A DNA stretch of 64,000 bases from Geosiphon pyriformis uo1 (GCA_016748015.1 JAAOMT010000058.1:62001-126000), one strand, 5' to 3'. Positions 13,101 through 26,372 are shown, counted from the stretch's first letter. The notes: generated from the sequence alone by a model not told the origin. Numbers and translations are program-made.

Positions 13101-14616
13101 GGTTTCTGATCTCATTCATAGTGGTGGCCTAATTAGTCTAACTTTTATTAGTAAGTGTCTTCTTAAAAATGCTTCAAGTGGTGTGGTGGTTTATATAGAT
13201 GGCTCAGTCAAGGATTTGGGTTCTATAAGTGCTTGTGGTAATACTGCTGCTTATTTTTCTAATATTAATGATGGTATGAAGATTAGAATATATGGCTTGC
13301 TTTCTTCGACTCTGACTAAACTACATATCATCACTCTTGCTTTGGAATGTGTTCCTGTTTCCAGTTTGGTTACTCTTTTTACAAACAGTTAGACATCTTT
13401 GGATGCTTGTGTTCCTTATAGAAATTTTGCAGATCTCAATTTTTATAATAAATATTGGATTGAAAGAGAGTGTATTTACTGGTCTATTGTATCAAAGAAT
13501 TTGTCAGTAGTTTGAAACAAAATTAAAAACTACTCTGGAGTTTATAGCAATGAGTGTGCTAATATATTGGCCAATGCTGCCACCAGTTTTGATATCATGC
13601 TACCTATTGGAACATCCTGTCATTTTTTATCTGTTGAAAGAAAGCCTGTTTTTGGGAATATCTGCCATTTTGTTAGATGTCTTTTTGATGCCATTAGCTT
13701 TGTTGGTTAGAAAGCCAAATATGTGATCTATGCTGTAAAAGGTATGCTGTGCAATAAAATTGATGTGCACTGTATATTTAGTGTTTAATATTCTGATGGT
13801 TGGTTTCAGTCAGGTTTTACTAGTTCTTTTTTTGTGTTTCTTTAGTTCTATTTCATAAAAGCCATTTACAACTACCTTTTTGTAACCAAAAGAAAGAGGC
13901 TTTATGATTCAGATTATCCAAACATGCTCTGTATTCAATGTGAATTGGTTAAAGACTCCAATCACATGTTTTCTTATATTCATAATGCTGATGCTAAAAA
14001 AAAGTTGATTTTAAGGACTATTAATTGTTGGGTAAGTTTGCTTGGTAATTTTGCTGCTAACAGTATGGTGATTTGCTTTTTGTAAAAGGCTGAATTGTCA
14101 GAACATTTATATATGTTCTTGGCCAAAAGCTTTGTTTTGAGAGTTTGGATGGCTGATATAATTTGTCTGCTGGGTAATAGCTCTGACAATAGGTTTTTGG
14201 TTGTTGGTTTAGTCTGAAGTTTTGCTAAGAGTTATAGATCTGCTATGTGGCTGCTGACCACCAAGTTGAGAGTATATTATGAGAAATATGGTCTTTTGTT
14301 ATGTAATGGGTCTGTAATATTGGTAGTATCTGGTTTGGTTTCCTTGTGATTTCCTGGTGAAATTTTTGATTTTGGTATCAGGTTAGGTATTCATATATGT
14401 TTTGGTTTACATTTTTGTCTGTCCAATACATATTTTAGTGTTTTAGGTAACTTTTCAATGGTTGGTAGTTTAGATGTCTAATGTTGTCTTAATTAGTCTG
14501 AATGACTAATCATGTATAGAAAATGCATAAGCCATGCTTAATATAGAATTTTGTATATTGCTATAGTTTAAGTAGTAGTTGAGCTACACTCGTTAAATGC
14601 TTAATAAAAAAAAAAA
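10170..14616 (+). mobile_element. Non-LTR retrotransposon (LINE with RT-RNase H-Zn finger), degenerate 3' half with poly(A) tail
   Basis: LVETARKILSKIL, FQNMHKVYD, FMNDNIW (from FVDDTIW), YIDGSV RNase H and CIQC Zn finger. 3'UTR with A-run at 14606-14616. Homologous to the minus-strand LINE. Confidence 0.9.
10993..11741 (+). repeat. Solo LTR related to Gypsy C, inserted in the LINE RT
   Basis: TGTTACTC...CTGTAACA with flanks ATAA/GTAA (4-bp TSD, one transition). The LINE frame rejoins as EKNH-KLCLVFQNM. Similar to the reverse complement of 58544-59414. Confidence 0.88.
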
Positions 14617-15339
14617 TTAAAAAACCAATTTTATATTAATAAAGTTATATACAAATTAAAAAACAGTTTTAATATAAGTTAATTTAATTTTAATATAAGT
14701 TAATTTAATTTTAAAATAATTTAATAAGTTAATTAAATAAAGTTATATGCAAAAATATATTTTTTTTTGCTTTTAAAACCAATAATAATTAGTTAAAAAC
14801 TAATATATTAAATAATATAAACAAAAATTAATTCAAATTAAGATACACTATTGTATTTTTATTATTTTTATTTATAATTATAACAAAATTAGACACTATA
14901 ATTAATATAAAATATTATAAAACTAACAAAAAAACCAAATTTAATAAAAATATTTAACATTATAAAAAGTTATAATATATGTTTTAGTTTAAAATTATTA
15001 TTTTTTTGGTTTAAGTAATAATTAAATTGTATTATTAAATATAAAAAATTATATATTTGTTTTTGTTAAAATATTTTTATAATAAATGTAAATTTAGTTA
15101 TTTATTTATTATTTTGGTAAATTTTAATTTTAATTAATTAAATTTGATTTAAATCATGTAATATTTATTTGAATTATTTTAAATTCCTTAAAATTTGTTT
15201 AAATTACTTGAATTTTAGTCTAAATTGCTTAAAATATTTAATATTGTTCTAATAATAATAGGATAATTAATGTGGTTTGTAAAATGTTAATTAATGTTAA
15301 ATTAAGAATAATTTTTTAATTGGTAATACCAAGTTAATT

Positions 15340-15419
15340 AGGTCAAAGTGGCTAATTATATGACATTCGTGGCTAATACGTGTGATAAATAATTAAAAAT
15401 AAGACTTTCAATTATAACA
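15340..15419 (-). repeat. Eroded remnant of LTR family B (5' end)
   Basis: GTGGCTAATTATATGACATTCGTGGCTAATACGTGTGATAA...TTATAACA matches the reverse complement of 9514-9590. Confidence 0.7.
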
Positions 15420-15534
15420 AAATTGTTTATAAATAAAAATTTGAAAAGTTTAACAATTCTATTAAAAATACAATTTTTAATTTATTCTTATAATATTTTT
15501 AAAATTAAAGTTTATATTTATTTAAGATTAAATT

Positions 15535-15560
15535 AATGGCCGGTCACATGTAAAAAGCAT
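15535..15560 (+). repeat. LINE 3'UTR-like motif upstream of the PPR gene
   Basis: AATGGCCGGTCACATGTAAAAAGCAT aligns to the LINE 3'UTR sequence AATGACTAATCATGTATAGAAAATGCAT (14501-14528). The match is short. Confidence 0.55.
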
Positions 15561-15750
15561 TTATTGTAGATTTTGAAATTTTTTTTATCGAAACCAACCT
15601 TTGATAATAATTGTGATTGCGTATAGTTTTCTGAAAAGTCTATGTAAAAGACCCTATCACAAAGATTTGACCAACAAATGGAAAGTTTGGCATTGGAAGA
15701 GTAGTAATTATCAAAGATTTCAGACAAGATTCATCTCTTAACATTCAACG

Positions 15751-18534
15751 ATGACTTTTTACCCTCCAAGTAAAGGAATATGCGTAGGTGCCCGACATTC
15801 TTTATCGTTTGTGAGGAGTCCCTTCTTTGATAAGTATTTGAAAATCTTCACCGCTTTTACAACACTTGCCGGTGAACTCAGGTATATTCATATGAAACGA
15901 CAATATGAAGAAGCCTCTATTAAGGAGCGAAAGGCCAAAAAGAGGAAAAAACCTTTAAAATCAATCCGAGAAACCTCTTATACAGAGACCATAATGGATG
16001 GCCCTTTGTTACATAAATGTTTTCAGACTTTTGCTCCTATAATAAGTGTCGCTGCAGAGGGGCTGTATCTACATGTAAACCAAGGATCTTGTGAGGATTG
16101 TACAAAGTATTTTTCGGGAACTCCTATTCATTTGAGACAAATCAATTCTGATTTCTTTAGAGGTCATTACTTCATATGCTCTCATCACAGACCAGCTCAT
16201 TTAGGGAACAATTTTCCTTTCTTAAATCAAATTGACCTGAAGCGGATTGGGCAAAGAGAAATTTCTAATGTTACTTTTGTTGGAAGTTCTGGAGCTTTAC
16301 ATTACTCGGGAAAAAAAAAAGCTAAGTTGGATCCATTTGCCCAAGATAAAAGGGGTTATGGAGAAAAAGTCTTGAACCGATTGAAATATGAGAAATATAT
16401 AGAACCCGATCATGATTCCCAGGTTCAACTTGGGTTAAGAGGTGAGGCTCCAATTCAAAAGCAAGATATTCTAATCGGTCGAGATGCAACGAGTCAGTCT
16501 GATATCAGTCTGCAGAGCCGAACTATAATGAAAACTGAAAAAAGAAGGGGAGAAGATCCTCTATCAAAAACTAAAGTCCGGGTTTACAAGAACTCCTCTC
16601 ACAAAGCCCTCTCGAAGAAATCAACACCGGGACGTTATTCCATACATAAATCAGAAATTTTCCGGTGTGATAGGCCAGTTTTTGCAATTAGAATTGAGAA
16701 ATTTGATTTGCAAACAAGATTTTTGAACTTGGGCAGCAAGAGAAAATGTATCGATCTCCTTATGGCCAGTCTTCAGTTAAAAAATAGACCGCGCGCTGCC
16801 TGGAATATAATCCAATCAATATTACGTATGAACTTGTTAAAATACATGAAATTCTGGCAGGTCCATTTACTCTCTAGAATTTTGTGGGAAAATTCTACTC
16901 ATTGGAACGTTGAGTGGCTAGTTCAATTTTTTAAAGATTTAAAAAATTCAAAACATGCCACATTAATTTCCAAGTTGTATCATGCTCTCTTGAAAAAGCA
17001 TGCGAATGAAGGCAAAACAGATGCTATAGTTAATTTGATTAAAAAAATGGATGGTGCGGGAATTAAAGTTGATAAAAAAAGAGTTCCAGAGTTAATGCTA
17101 ATTTATGGCAATTCGTACGATCTTGAAAGCGGGCAAAAGGTTTTTGATGCAATTTTGGATACCAATACTAGTATAAATTCTGAAGGATTTGGAACATTGG
17201 CTGATTTATATCGAAAGAATAACAATTATGCCGGCGCGTATAGAACGCTTAATAATTTCTATTTGTCAGGTGGTGTACCTAGTGGAAAGTTGTATGCGAT
17301 CGTCATTGACGCTGCCGTCAGACACAGGAAATGGAGAAAAGGTTTTGCGCTTCTTAAGGAGGGGAAAAGAAATTGGGCAATACCAAATATAAATTCCTTT
17401 GCCTCTTTGATAAATGGATACTGCCAAGAACCAAAGCTTAGTGTCGCTATACTATTATACCACAAAATGTGTAAACAAGGTATAACACCTAGTAAATATA
17501 TTTTTACAACCTTGATTATATCACATCTTCTCAATCGCGATGTTACTGGTGCTTCCAATTTTTATAAGATGATGATCGAGAAAAATAAAGTCCATGATCG
17601 ATATTTATTATCTATTATCCTCACCATGAAAGCTTCAGAGTATATTGATATGGGAAAGGCCTTGGAAGTTTACGAAGAAATGAAAGCCGAGAATTTTGTG
17701 CCAGAAAATCTTACTTTTCGGGAGATAATGTTGTTTAATAATAAGAGACCAGGTGATTTGACATCAAGACCGCAACAAGTTTTATGTGAAGCGGTCAAAG
17801 AGCTATCAAAAGAGATGATTCAACCAAACAAATACCGATATAATATTCTTGTAAATGCATATAGTGATAGGTGGTCTTTTCCTTTGGCCATGGCAGTTCT
17901 ACAACTAATGGATCTGAAAAGCGGCACTATAGAGCCCCAATTTATGGAACCTCTCCTTGGGCAACTTGTATTTTCTACAAAATCCCCACTTGCGTGGATA
18001 TCTTATGATCGATTGGTAGCTAAAGGCAAAATAAATAATCTTGAAATCTTTGAGAGAATGTTCTCGTTCGCCACCTCTATCTCCGAATATCAAGTCAGTT
18101 ATCGCGCCTTTAAAACAATACTTGGAACGAATCAAACCGTCCCAATTCAATATTTCGAAAAGTTAATCACGGGACTTTGTCGCCATCTTCAAATAGATCA
18201 AGCGATTGATATTCTAAATGAGATGTTGGAGCAAGATATCTTACCAACCTTGGTTATCTTCACTGATTTGATGAGAGGAGTGGCGATTAAGAGACGATTC
18301 AAGCAGGGTATGGAAATTTATCGATTGATGGAATGTTTAAAAGTGTCACCTGATTCTAAGATCTTTGACCATCTTGATAAATTGCACTTGCGTACGGGAC
18401 ATTTGGCAGAACTTGTAAAATTCCATAAAACCGTAATCAAAGGAAAGAGTAATATTGAGCCATTAAGATTTAGAATTAGGCAATGGGGTGAATTGAGTTT
18501 GCGACATCATAGGATACAAAAGTTACTTGGGTGA
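15751..18534 (+). CDS. Pentatricopeptide repeat (PPR) protein, 927 aa, intronless, probably mitochondrial RNA-binding
   Basis: Tandem ~35-aa motifs such as PNINSFASLINGYCQEPKLSVAILLYHKMCKQGITPS and FEKLITGLCRHLQIDQAIDILNEMLEQDILPT. Intact, CpG-retaining ORF. Confidence 0.88.
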   Translation: MTFYPPSKGICVGARHSLSFVRSPFFDKYLKIFTAFTTLAGELRYIHMKRQYEEASIKERKAKKRKKPLKSIRETSYTETIMDGPLLHKCFQTFAPIISVAAEGLYLHVNQGSCEDCTKYFSGTPIHLRQINSDFFRGHYFICSHHRPAHLGNNFPFLNQIDLKRIGQREISNVTFVGSSGALHYSGKKKAKLDPFAQDKRGYGEKVLNRLKYEKYIEPDHDSQVQLGLRGEAPIQKQDILIGRDATSQSDISLQSRTIMKTEKRRGEDPLSKTKVRVYKNSSHKALSKKSTPGRYSIHKSEIFRCDRPVFAIRIEKFDLQTRFLNLGSKRKCIDLLMASLQLKNRPRAAWNIIQSILRMNLLKYMKFWQVHLLSRILWENSTHWNVEWLVQFFKDLKNSKHATLISKLYHALLKKHANEGKTDAIVNLIKKMDGAGIKVDKKRVPELMLIYGNSYDLESGQKVFDAILDTNTSINSEGFGTLADLYRKNNNYAGAYRTLNNFYLSGGVPSGKLYAIVIDAAVRHRKWRKGFALLKEGKRNWAIPNINSFASLINGYCQEPKLSVAILLYHKMCKQGITPSKYIFTTLIISHLLNRDVTGASNFYKMMIEKNKVHDRYLLSIILTMKASEYIDMGKALEVYEEMKAENFVPENLTFREIMLFNNKRPGDLTSRPQQVLCEAVKELSKEMIQPNKYRYNILVNAYSDRWSFPLAMAVLQLMDLKSGTIEPQFMEPLLGQLVFSTKSPLAWISYDRLVAKGKINNLEIFERMFSFATSISEYQVSYRAFKTILGTNQTVPIQYFEKLITGLCRHLQIDQAIDILNEMLEQDILPTLVIFTDLMRGVAIKRRFKQGMEIYRLMECLKVSPDSKIFDHLDKLHLRTGHLAELVKFHKTVIKGKSNIEPLRFRIRQWGELSLRHHRIQKLLG

Positions 18535-19122
18535 AAAACCAGAGTCCTGGAAAATTCATCATGAAAAATTGAAAATGATAATATTTAAATATTTTTTATA
18601 GCATTTGATAACATTTGAAATTTTAAAAAAATTAAAAGCATCAAATAAATATTTTCAGCAATAAAGAATTTATCATTAAATTCTCACTTGTCAATAACGA
18701 AGATTATGATAAATGAAAATTAGCTATTAAATCTAGGTTATTTCCGATCAGAAGAGATGAAATGATTAAACGTAATACACAGAGACAACAAGGACAAGTA
18801 CATCATCTTTCTTTCGCTCACATAAGTCATTGCATCATACTATTAAGATTCATGCTCAGTTTCTTTATCTTTTTTTTTTTTTTTTTTTTTTAAAAAACGC
18901 GTGCTATACAATTTATACATATTATATTTACAATTTTATCTTTATTTTAATTTTAATTAATTTAAAGTACATATATATATATATATTTAGGATTATTATA
19001 AGAAATATTTATTACATATATTACTAAAAGAAACTTTGAATATTAAAATTTTTATGAATTATTTATTTTTTTTTATTTTTTTTCATGTCAATAATTTTAA
19101 AAAGCTGTGTAAAAAAAAAAAA

Positions 19123-19142
19123 NNNNNNNNNNNNNNNNNNNN
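19123..19142. other. Assembly gap (other gaps at 953-1050 and 5426-5558)
   Basis: Runs of N. Confidence 1.
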
Positions 19143-19998
19143 TTTTTTAAAAAAAAAAAACCCCCCCCCCCCCCAACTTTTTTAAAAATTTAAATCTATG
19201 CCAAACCTGGAAATTTGGCTTTTTTTTTCCTTAAAGGTCTTTTCACTTTTTCTAATAAAAATCCTATTCTGAACTCTTAAATTTGAAATCAATCCTTTCA
19301 TAGTTGTGTTTTTTTTTTCCTTTCATTTAACACAGTAAATATTACGATCAAACTACTAAATGAAGAATTTTGGTTTGGCTTCGCTCTTGAATACGAAATG
19401 TAAAGTGTAATAATTGTATTGAATTTAAATCCAAGACTATGACCTGCCGCATCTGAAATAGTGTGTAAAGATAAAATAAAGGAGACCATATCAAAATCCC
19501 CTCGAGTCACCTAAAATCGAACGAAAATGGGGCAATACAGGTTTGAAAAAAATAAAAAGAATAAAGAACTAAATTTTTCCATAAGTTTAATAGAATTTTG
19601 GCACCTTCTAATCAATCGGTTTAACAATCAACTCTTCCAGCAAAGTTTTAAGATTCACATAGGCATTTTTAGAAATCAATTGACAAAACAAGAAAATTAT
19701 TTATTCATATAAAAGTAAAATTAATGTTCAAAATGCAAGTATATAAAAGCAAAGCAAAGAAAAATGGTAAATAAAGGGGTATAAATTACAAATTTGTACT
19801 ATTATAATCAAATGTGAGAAATGGTAATATAAAACCACATCTATAAAAATCTATAGATTGGTCCTCGAAAATAGAATAGGTAAAAATGGTTCACTTTCTT
19901 GAAGTAAATTTAGCAGATTCCAAATTCACAATCATTGTCCAATACAAATATTCAAATTGTAAATCTGCCTAGTATTCCCAACATTCCGCACATCCTAT

Positions 19999-22075
19999 TC
20001 AATCGTCTTGGTCATTTAAAAAATTTTGGTAATTATCTCGTACGCACTCTCCACCTTTTTGAGGATCGATCAAAAATTTATAGCAGCTTCCATCAGCGCA
20101 AATCACTATAATAAGAATATTAAATTAGAAACTTTTGAAACAAATAATTTCAACCACCAAATATTGACTGACCAATGACGGCATTACGCTCCTGTCCAAA
20201 TCCACAAATACATCGACAATCACCCATGACCTTGAAATGTGCGAAAGACCATTCCGAAGAAAAATACTTTGGCAAGAGATCTTTCATAAAAGACAAGCTT
20301 TTATTAAATTAAATGAGAAAACTTTATTAGCAAAGAATTTAAATAATATTGAAGTAAACTTAGTTATGAAATCAAATTAAGAATTTATTAAAATTGTGCG
20401 AAACATTTACCTAGAGTGTCGATTACCACTTGAAGGTGGTACTTTCATTGGGTTACTGAAAATAATGACCAAATAAATTGGTGTTATAGTTTAAGTGGAA
20501 ATCAAAATAAAGTTCACCACTCACTGCAAAATTTCCCCATAATAAGGCCCTCCATTATTATTATCAGAATAATTAGTGCTATTACTATTCCGCAGTATAG
20601 GATCCAAATTGAAAATGTGGACCGTTCCTTTGTCTGAAGATACACAAAGTCGAGTTGAGTCGTGATTAAATGCGATGCTATTAATCCCCAAAGCAATGAA
20701 AAAGATATTTCCAAAAGTTATAAGAAAATAAGGTTTCCCGAATTTTCAGCTCCATCAAACTCTAACCTGTAAATCTCTGCACGGTCCACACCTCTTCTTA
20801 ATTCATTCAACAATTTTCCGGTAGATGTCTCAAAGACTCTTATCAGTGTTCCCTAATTTTTGGAAACAATCTTTGTTAGTCTAGTTGGATACTTTTGAGT
20901 TAATCTCGAGCCTATGGAGGTACCTTCTCGCTAGCACTAGCACATTTGCTACCATCCTGATTTACCGCCAGACAACTTAGCTTTGCTGTGTGGGCAGGAA
21001 TTATGCTAACATTTGGTGCCATCACAGTTGTGCTTCCAGAGGAGCCAGACTGTGGTTTTATCTTGTTCAAGCTGGATTTTTTCGATTTTCGCTCAGGTCG
21101 TTCCGCTCTAGAAGATTGTGAGTCTGGATATCCAGGTGAAGATATTGAATGCCTATTATTTGGATGTGATGAAGGCCCCGAAGTTACTGGTAAACTTTCA
21201 GTGACGTGGCCATCATCATTATTTGTGATAGCAGTGGTAGTATGAAATGTGTTCAAATCAACAATTTGAACATGTCCCTTTTGAGGACCAGGAAATGCCA
21301 GAATAGCATGTTTTACCGATGAGGAAAGAGCAACCAGACCTTTAGTGATTGAAAGCGATGAGATTAAAAACAAAATGTTGGAAAAAAAGGTCTCATGATA
21401 AAAATTATGAATGACCTTTCTCATTGTCGATCGTCTCAAAGGTGTGAAGTTTTTGAGGGGATATACTAAAATGATATACATGAACTTTGTTCGAAAGCAC
21501 TACTACAATCCTGATCCAAATTAAATAAATATTTGTATAATGATTGATCAGTAAATAAATAGAATTTATCGACCATAATTGTAAAGATAGACAAAAGTAA
21601 TCAAATCAGCAACCTATCTCGTCGTAGCTTTACATTTTTAACTTCACTACGAAATTCCAGTTCTACAATAGATTTGTTCTTTAAATCATCCCATATGATG
21701 ACTTTATTAGGCGGGTATTTCGGATTTTTACCCCCGCCGACCAACGCAAGATAGTTACATCGAAATAGCATTTCAACAACGGAAATCCCCCCGTCGTCAA
21801 AGTCTACGGCCAACGAAAAGAACAAAGGGTAAAAAAGGCACTAAAATCAACATTATCTCGTAAAAAATACTTGGAAAGACACAAGCAAAGCGAAATATGA
21901 AAAATTTAGTTGGAGTACCTTTTTGCATTTTCTGTTTTAAAGGATCACAGTTATATATTCGGAAACCACTGTCCAAACCCGCTGCAAAACACCCAAAGTC
22001 TTGATTAAAGCCAGCATAGAGTAAACCAGGGGCATCAGCAGTAGAAGACGAAGAAGAAGGCTTTGACAAGTTCAT
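19999..22075 (-). CDS. HSV2: HSV2/ATG18-family (PROPPIN, WIPI3/WDR45-like) WD40 protein, multi-exon
   Basis: [91 protein letters not shown] and [15 protein letters not shown] introns and a stop at 19999-20001. Confidence 0.9.
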
Positions 22076-22358
22076 TGAGGTTATGCTTGAGGAAATCAAG
22101 GAACAAGAGGTTTATTTAAATTTAGTCTAATGAAATGAACTTTGTATACTGAACAATTGGTGGTATATCACTTGACCTTTCGCCATGTGTGTAATTGGAC
22201 GAGACACTTGAGATCAGTACAGTAACATGGGTCTTCCGTAATACAGAGAAATCACACGGTTAAAAAAAGTTGATAGATTTGTCATTTAGTCCCAATTATC
22301 AAATATTTTTTTTTTATTAAAATCAAATAATTTTACAAAAAGTCGTTTAAGAACACAA

Positions 22359-22401
<43 letters not shown>

Positions 22402-22695
22402 TAATTTAAAAATTTGGTTTGTTTTATAGATAAAACAATTATACAAGGAATAAAAATTTAATTTAATTTAATAATTTTAAAATATTAATTCTAATCTGAA
22501 GGAGAAATTTCAAATATATTTCAAATATTATTTTTAATTATGTAAAAAAACTAGTTATTATTTGTTTTATAATATTTTATTATAAGATAAATTAAATTAT
22601 TATTATTTTTTAATTTTATATATATATATTGTTTTGTTATTATAAAGTATAATTACTATTTACTTATAAAAAACCAAAAAATTTTATAATAAATA

Positions 22696-22740
22696 AAGCT
22701 TGTGCATTGTTTACACATAATTAGTCACTTAAACTTATAA
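22696..22740 (-). repeat. LINE 3'UTR remnant upstream of HSV2
   Basis: Reverse complement AAGTGACTAATTATGTGTAAACAATGCACAAGC aligns to the LINE 3'UTR. Confidence 0.65.
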
Positions 22741-24033
22741 TAATAATATTTATTTGGTCGTTGTTAATAAAATAATTATTGTTAGTATTTTTACAATTAA
22801 AAATAAAAAAAAACACTAGGTTTTAAATCATAAAATATGTGTTAAAGAGTTTTTTACATTTATATTTAAAATTTTATAAAATTTTTCTTTTTAAAGCATA
22901 AAAATATTTTTGATTACATTTAATTAAAATTAAAATATTTTGAAATTATAAGTTGAAATTTATATATTCAAAAAATGGTACTACCAATAAAAAAAAAATA
23001 TAAACATATTGTTAATTTAAAAAAATTATTTTAATAAGTTTAATTGTTTAGATTATGACCAAATTTCTTACATATAACCAATTAAATAAATAATAGTTGA
23101 CTTAATTTTCTGTTTAATTTTATTTTTTATTAATTAATATAATTATAAAATTAATATAATTAATATAATTAATAAAATGTAAAATTGGATAAAAAACATA
23201 ATTTTTATGTTAAATAAAGAAATATTCGAATTTTTTATATATATTATTTATATGCTTTTTAACTCATCTCCTGAGATTTTACCGGTTGTAATGTATTTTT
23301 AACATGGAATCAAATCAAATTAAATTTTAAATATAGTTTAAAGTTTATATCGAGCATTATGGGAATAATATCGTAAAGCTTTGAATATTATCGAAACCAT
23401 AGAACATATTTATTACTTGTTCTAATTTTGTAATTACGGTATATGTTGCCAGTTCATTATTAAAAAAAAAAAGTATAATTAAGGATAAAAAAAAACATAA
23501 CAATTTTATAAAATTTCAATAATATTTAAAAGTTAAAGTTAATTAGCTTGGTAAACTACATCTTTTCTATTGTTTATAATGAATATAATATTGACTATAA
23601 CATTAACTATAATTAATGTAGTAGTATTTTTCTCAAGAGTTGGATAAAAAAATTAATTATCAAAAAGTAAATAAATATTATAAAACTTAATTGTCATGTT
23701 ATAAGTAGTTTTTATATAAATTATTTCGTATGTAGCGTTTTTTTTTATATAAAAAATATTAAACACTAAAGTAAAAACTATTTGTTTAAAAATTTTAATA
23801 ATAAATAATTATTTTTTAAGTATTATTAAAATTAATAATTTTTATTTTATTGTTTTAATTATTAAAATTTTATAATAATATAATATAATTAAACAAATAT
23901 ATATATATTAAAATACAATTTATTTTATTTTTATAATTATATTGTTTAAAATAATTATTTATTAATTTGTTATTAAAATTTTTAAAATTTTTATGAAAAT
24001 AATAATAACAATAACAATAACAATAACAATAAC

Positions 24034-24067
<34 letters not shown>

Positions 24068-24330
24068 GTAATAATAATAATTGGTATATTATTTTAAAAA
24101 TTTTTTTTTTAACTAAAAATATGTTTAAATTCAGAAATATTTAAGAAAAACATTTTTAATAATATCTTTTTTATTTGTTTTTACAATTAAAAAGACTTTT
24201 TAAATTATCTACTACAGAAAAAATAATAGTTGATTTTTGTTATAATTAATAATATATTTATTTTCAAAATTATTAATAAATTTTAAATTAGTAAAAAATT
24301 TTTTTATATATTAAATTAAAAAATATTTTA

Positions 24331-24365
24331 CTTAAATAAGGTGGCTGATTATGTATAGAAAATGA
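24331..24365 (+). repeat. LINE 3'UTR remnant upstream of the GAR-domain gene
   Basis: CTTAAATAAGGTGGCTGATTATGTATAGAAAATG versus CTTAATTAGTCTGAATGACTAATCATGTATAGAAAATG. Confidence 0.55.
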
Positions 24366-25196
24366 TTCTAATATGGAACATGTATATATGAATGTATTTA
24401 GATAGCAATTGAATCACACAGTTTTATTAAATTATTAACTTGATATGTAGAAAAAAATTGGGGAGCATGTTGATATTTTTATAATCACGAAAAGAATAAC
24501 ATGTTGCCTGCTATCATACGTTCAATTGCCCTTTTTAATGAACAAGATGTCATCTGATGTCATCCACTGCAATGTCGTTATACATGTATTTTATAAAACA
24601 ATATTGATCTGCTTTGCTGTTAATAATTATGTAATTGAATGGATATTTAGAGTGTATTTATTTTTCTAGTGATCCAAAAGTTTATATCTTTTAACTTTTT
24701 TTATTTCGGTGTTAACATTTTTGATCATAGTAGAGAAATATTTTTGTTTCTTTAGAAAAAAAAAGTTTGAAATGAAAAAAGCTAAAACTGACCTTTCAGA
24801 ATATATCGATACCAAATACCAACACCGATACCAATACCAATATCGATACCGATACCAATACCAATACCGATACCGATACCGATACGGATACCAAAAGTGA
24901 ATTTTTTTCCCTCTTTCACAATAGCTCATAGGTTTCGATTCCTCTGATTTCATAGACCAAAGATGGGTATCAATGATCATGTTCAAATAATTAAAGTGTA
25001 TCTCGATGCATGTAAGTTTCACATATTGTTGCCAGAGAAATTAGGTAAACCTGAAACGGGATTTCGTTCCCAAAAAAAAAATACAAGTTTCTGTCTTGAA
25101 AAAGATTTCACATTCATTTCTCCTTGAAACAAAGCCAAGACAAGAAAGTTAGATTACAATTCTCATTTCCAAAAAAAAAATAGGAAAATGTTAATG

Positions 25197-25259
<63 letters not shown>

Positions 25260-26144
25260 ATATCGCCCACCCTTTCTATCTGCTATGGGTAAGAGTTTTG
25301 TGTGTTATGGTGGTTATTCCTATACCTATTAATTTTCAAATGGGGAAAAAAAATAGCCATTGTCGAAAAAAAAAAAAAAATTTTTCGGCAACTGTTTTTC
25401 ACCTTTTATAAGGGGAATGTAACTTTATCAGATATTACGCATACATCGATTGAAAAATCCTATATTTGAATACCAAATGACTACAATCGAAACAAAATTG
25501 AGAAAATGGAAAATCAAAAAAATTCAAATATTCACATTCAAATTCCTTTTTATTGCTTTGTTTGGTTTTCGGAATATGAAAAACCATCATTTTTTCTCCT
25601 TGGGAATCTAATAAAAATCTAATGCAGCAATATTCATTCTTTCATTCTTTTTATTAATGATACAAATAAAAAATTCCCAAAATTTCAAATCTTGGTTGTA
25701 CTACTATCGAATGAATGAATTAATTAATTAATGAATGAATGAATGAATCAAATCAATCAATCAAATCAATCAATCAATCAATCAATGAATTAAATGATCA
25801 AAAAAGGGATTGATCTATCATGTCTCGATCCCTGACCATTGTTTCCATTGTTAAAGATTTTAATTAGGATCATAAGCCATTGTTTCACAAAAATTTACCT
25901 TTATTTTTTTCCCCAGAGGTCAAACCCGAAATACTGTTTGAAAAAATTCGCTCATATCAAACATTGAAGTAAATGAGAATTTGGCTCCCCCGATGATTAT
26001 TATAATGATCATGATGATGATAATGTTGTTGTTTGATGTTCATGCTAATAATTTTTGATGTCATTATGTTTCTTCTTGATCATGATTCATTCACGGAACT
26101 GTGATTCTCTGATTCAAAATTCATGCGGCTTTAGAGATTTAAAC

Positions 26145-26189
<45 letters not shown>

Positions 26190-26267
26190 GTATAGAGAAC
26201 GTGATTTCAAGAAAATAATTAAACAGTGTACCCGTGTTTAAATAATCATAATGAAAAACTTTTATAC

Positions 26268-26309
<42 letters not shown>

Positions 26310-26328
26310 ATTAGTATTACTATTGTCA

Positions 26329-26372
<44 letters not shown>

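Larger units (their letters stand above)
22359..26372. repeat. Microsatellite cluster: (TAT)n at ~22359, 25197, 26146 and 26269; (AATAAC)n/(AAT)n at ~24000-24080; (RATACC)n at ~24807-24894; (AATG/AATC)n at ~25709-25790
   Basis: Directly visible simple repeats. Confidence 0.9.

Noticed and set aside
19100-19200. Poly-A/T/C runs as a structural element
   Set aside because: They flank an N gap and are probably low-quality contig ends.
24666-25022. ORFs with RYRYWY / RYQYQY repeats
   Set aside because: These are translations of an (RATACC)n hexamer microsatellite with no other coding evidence.
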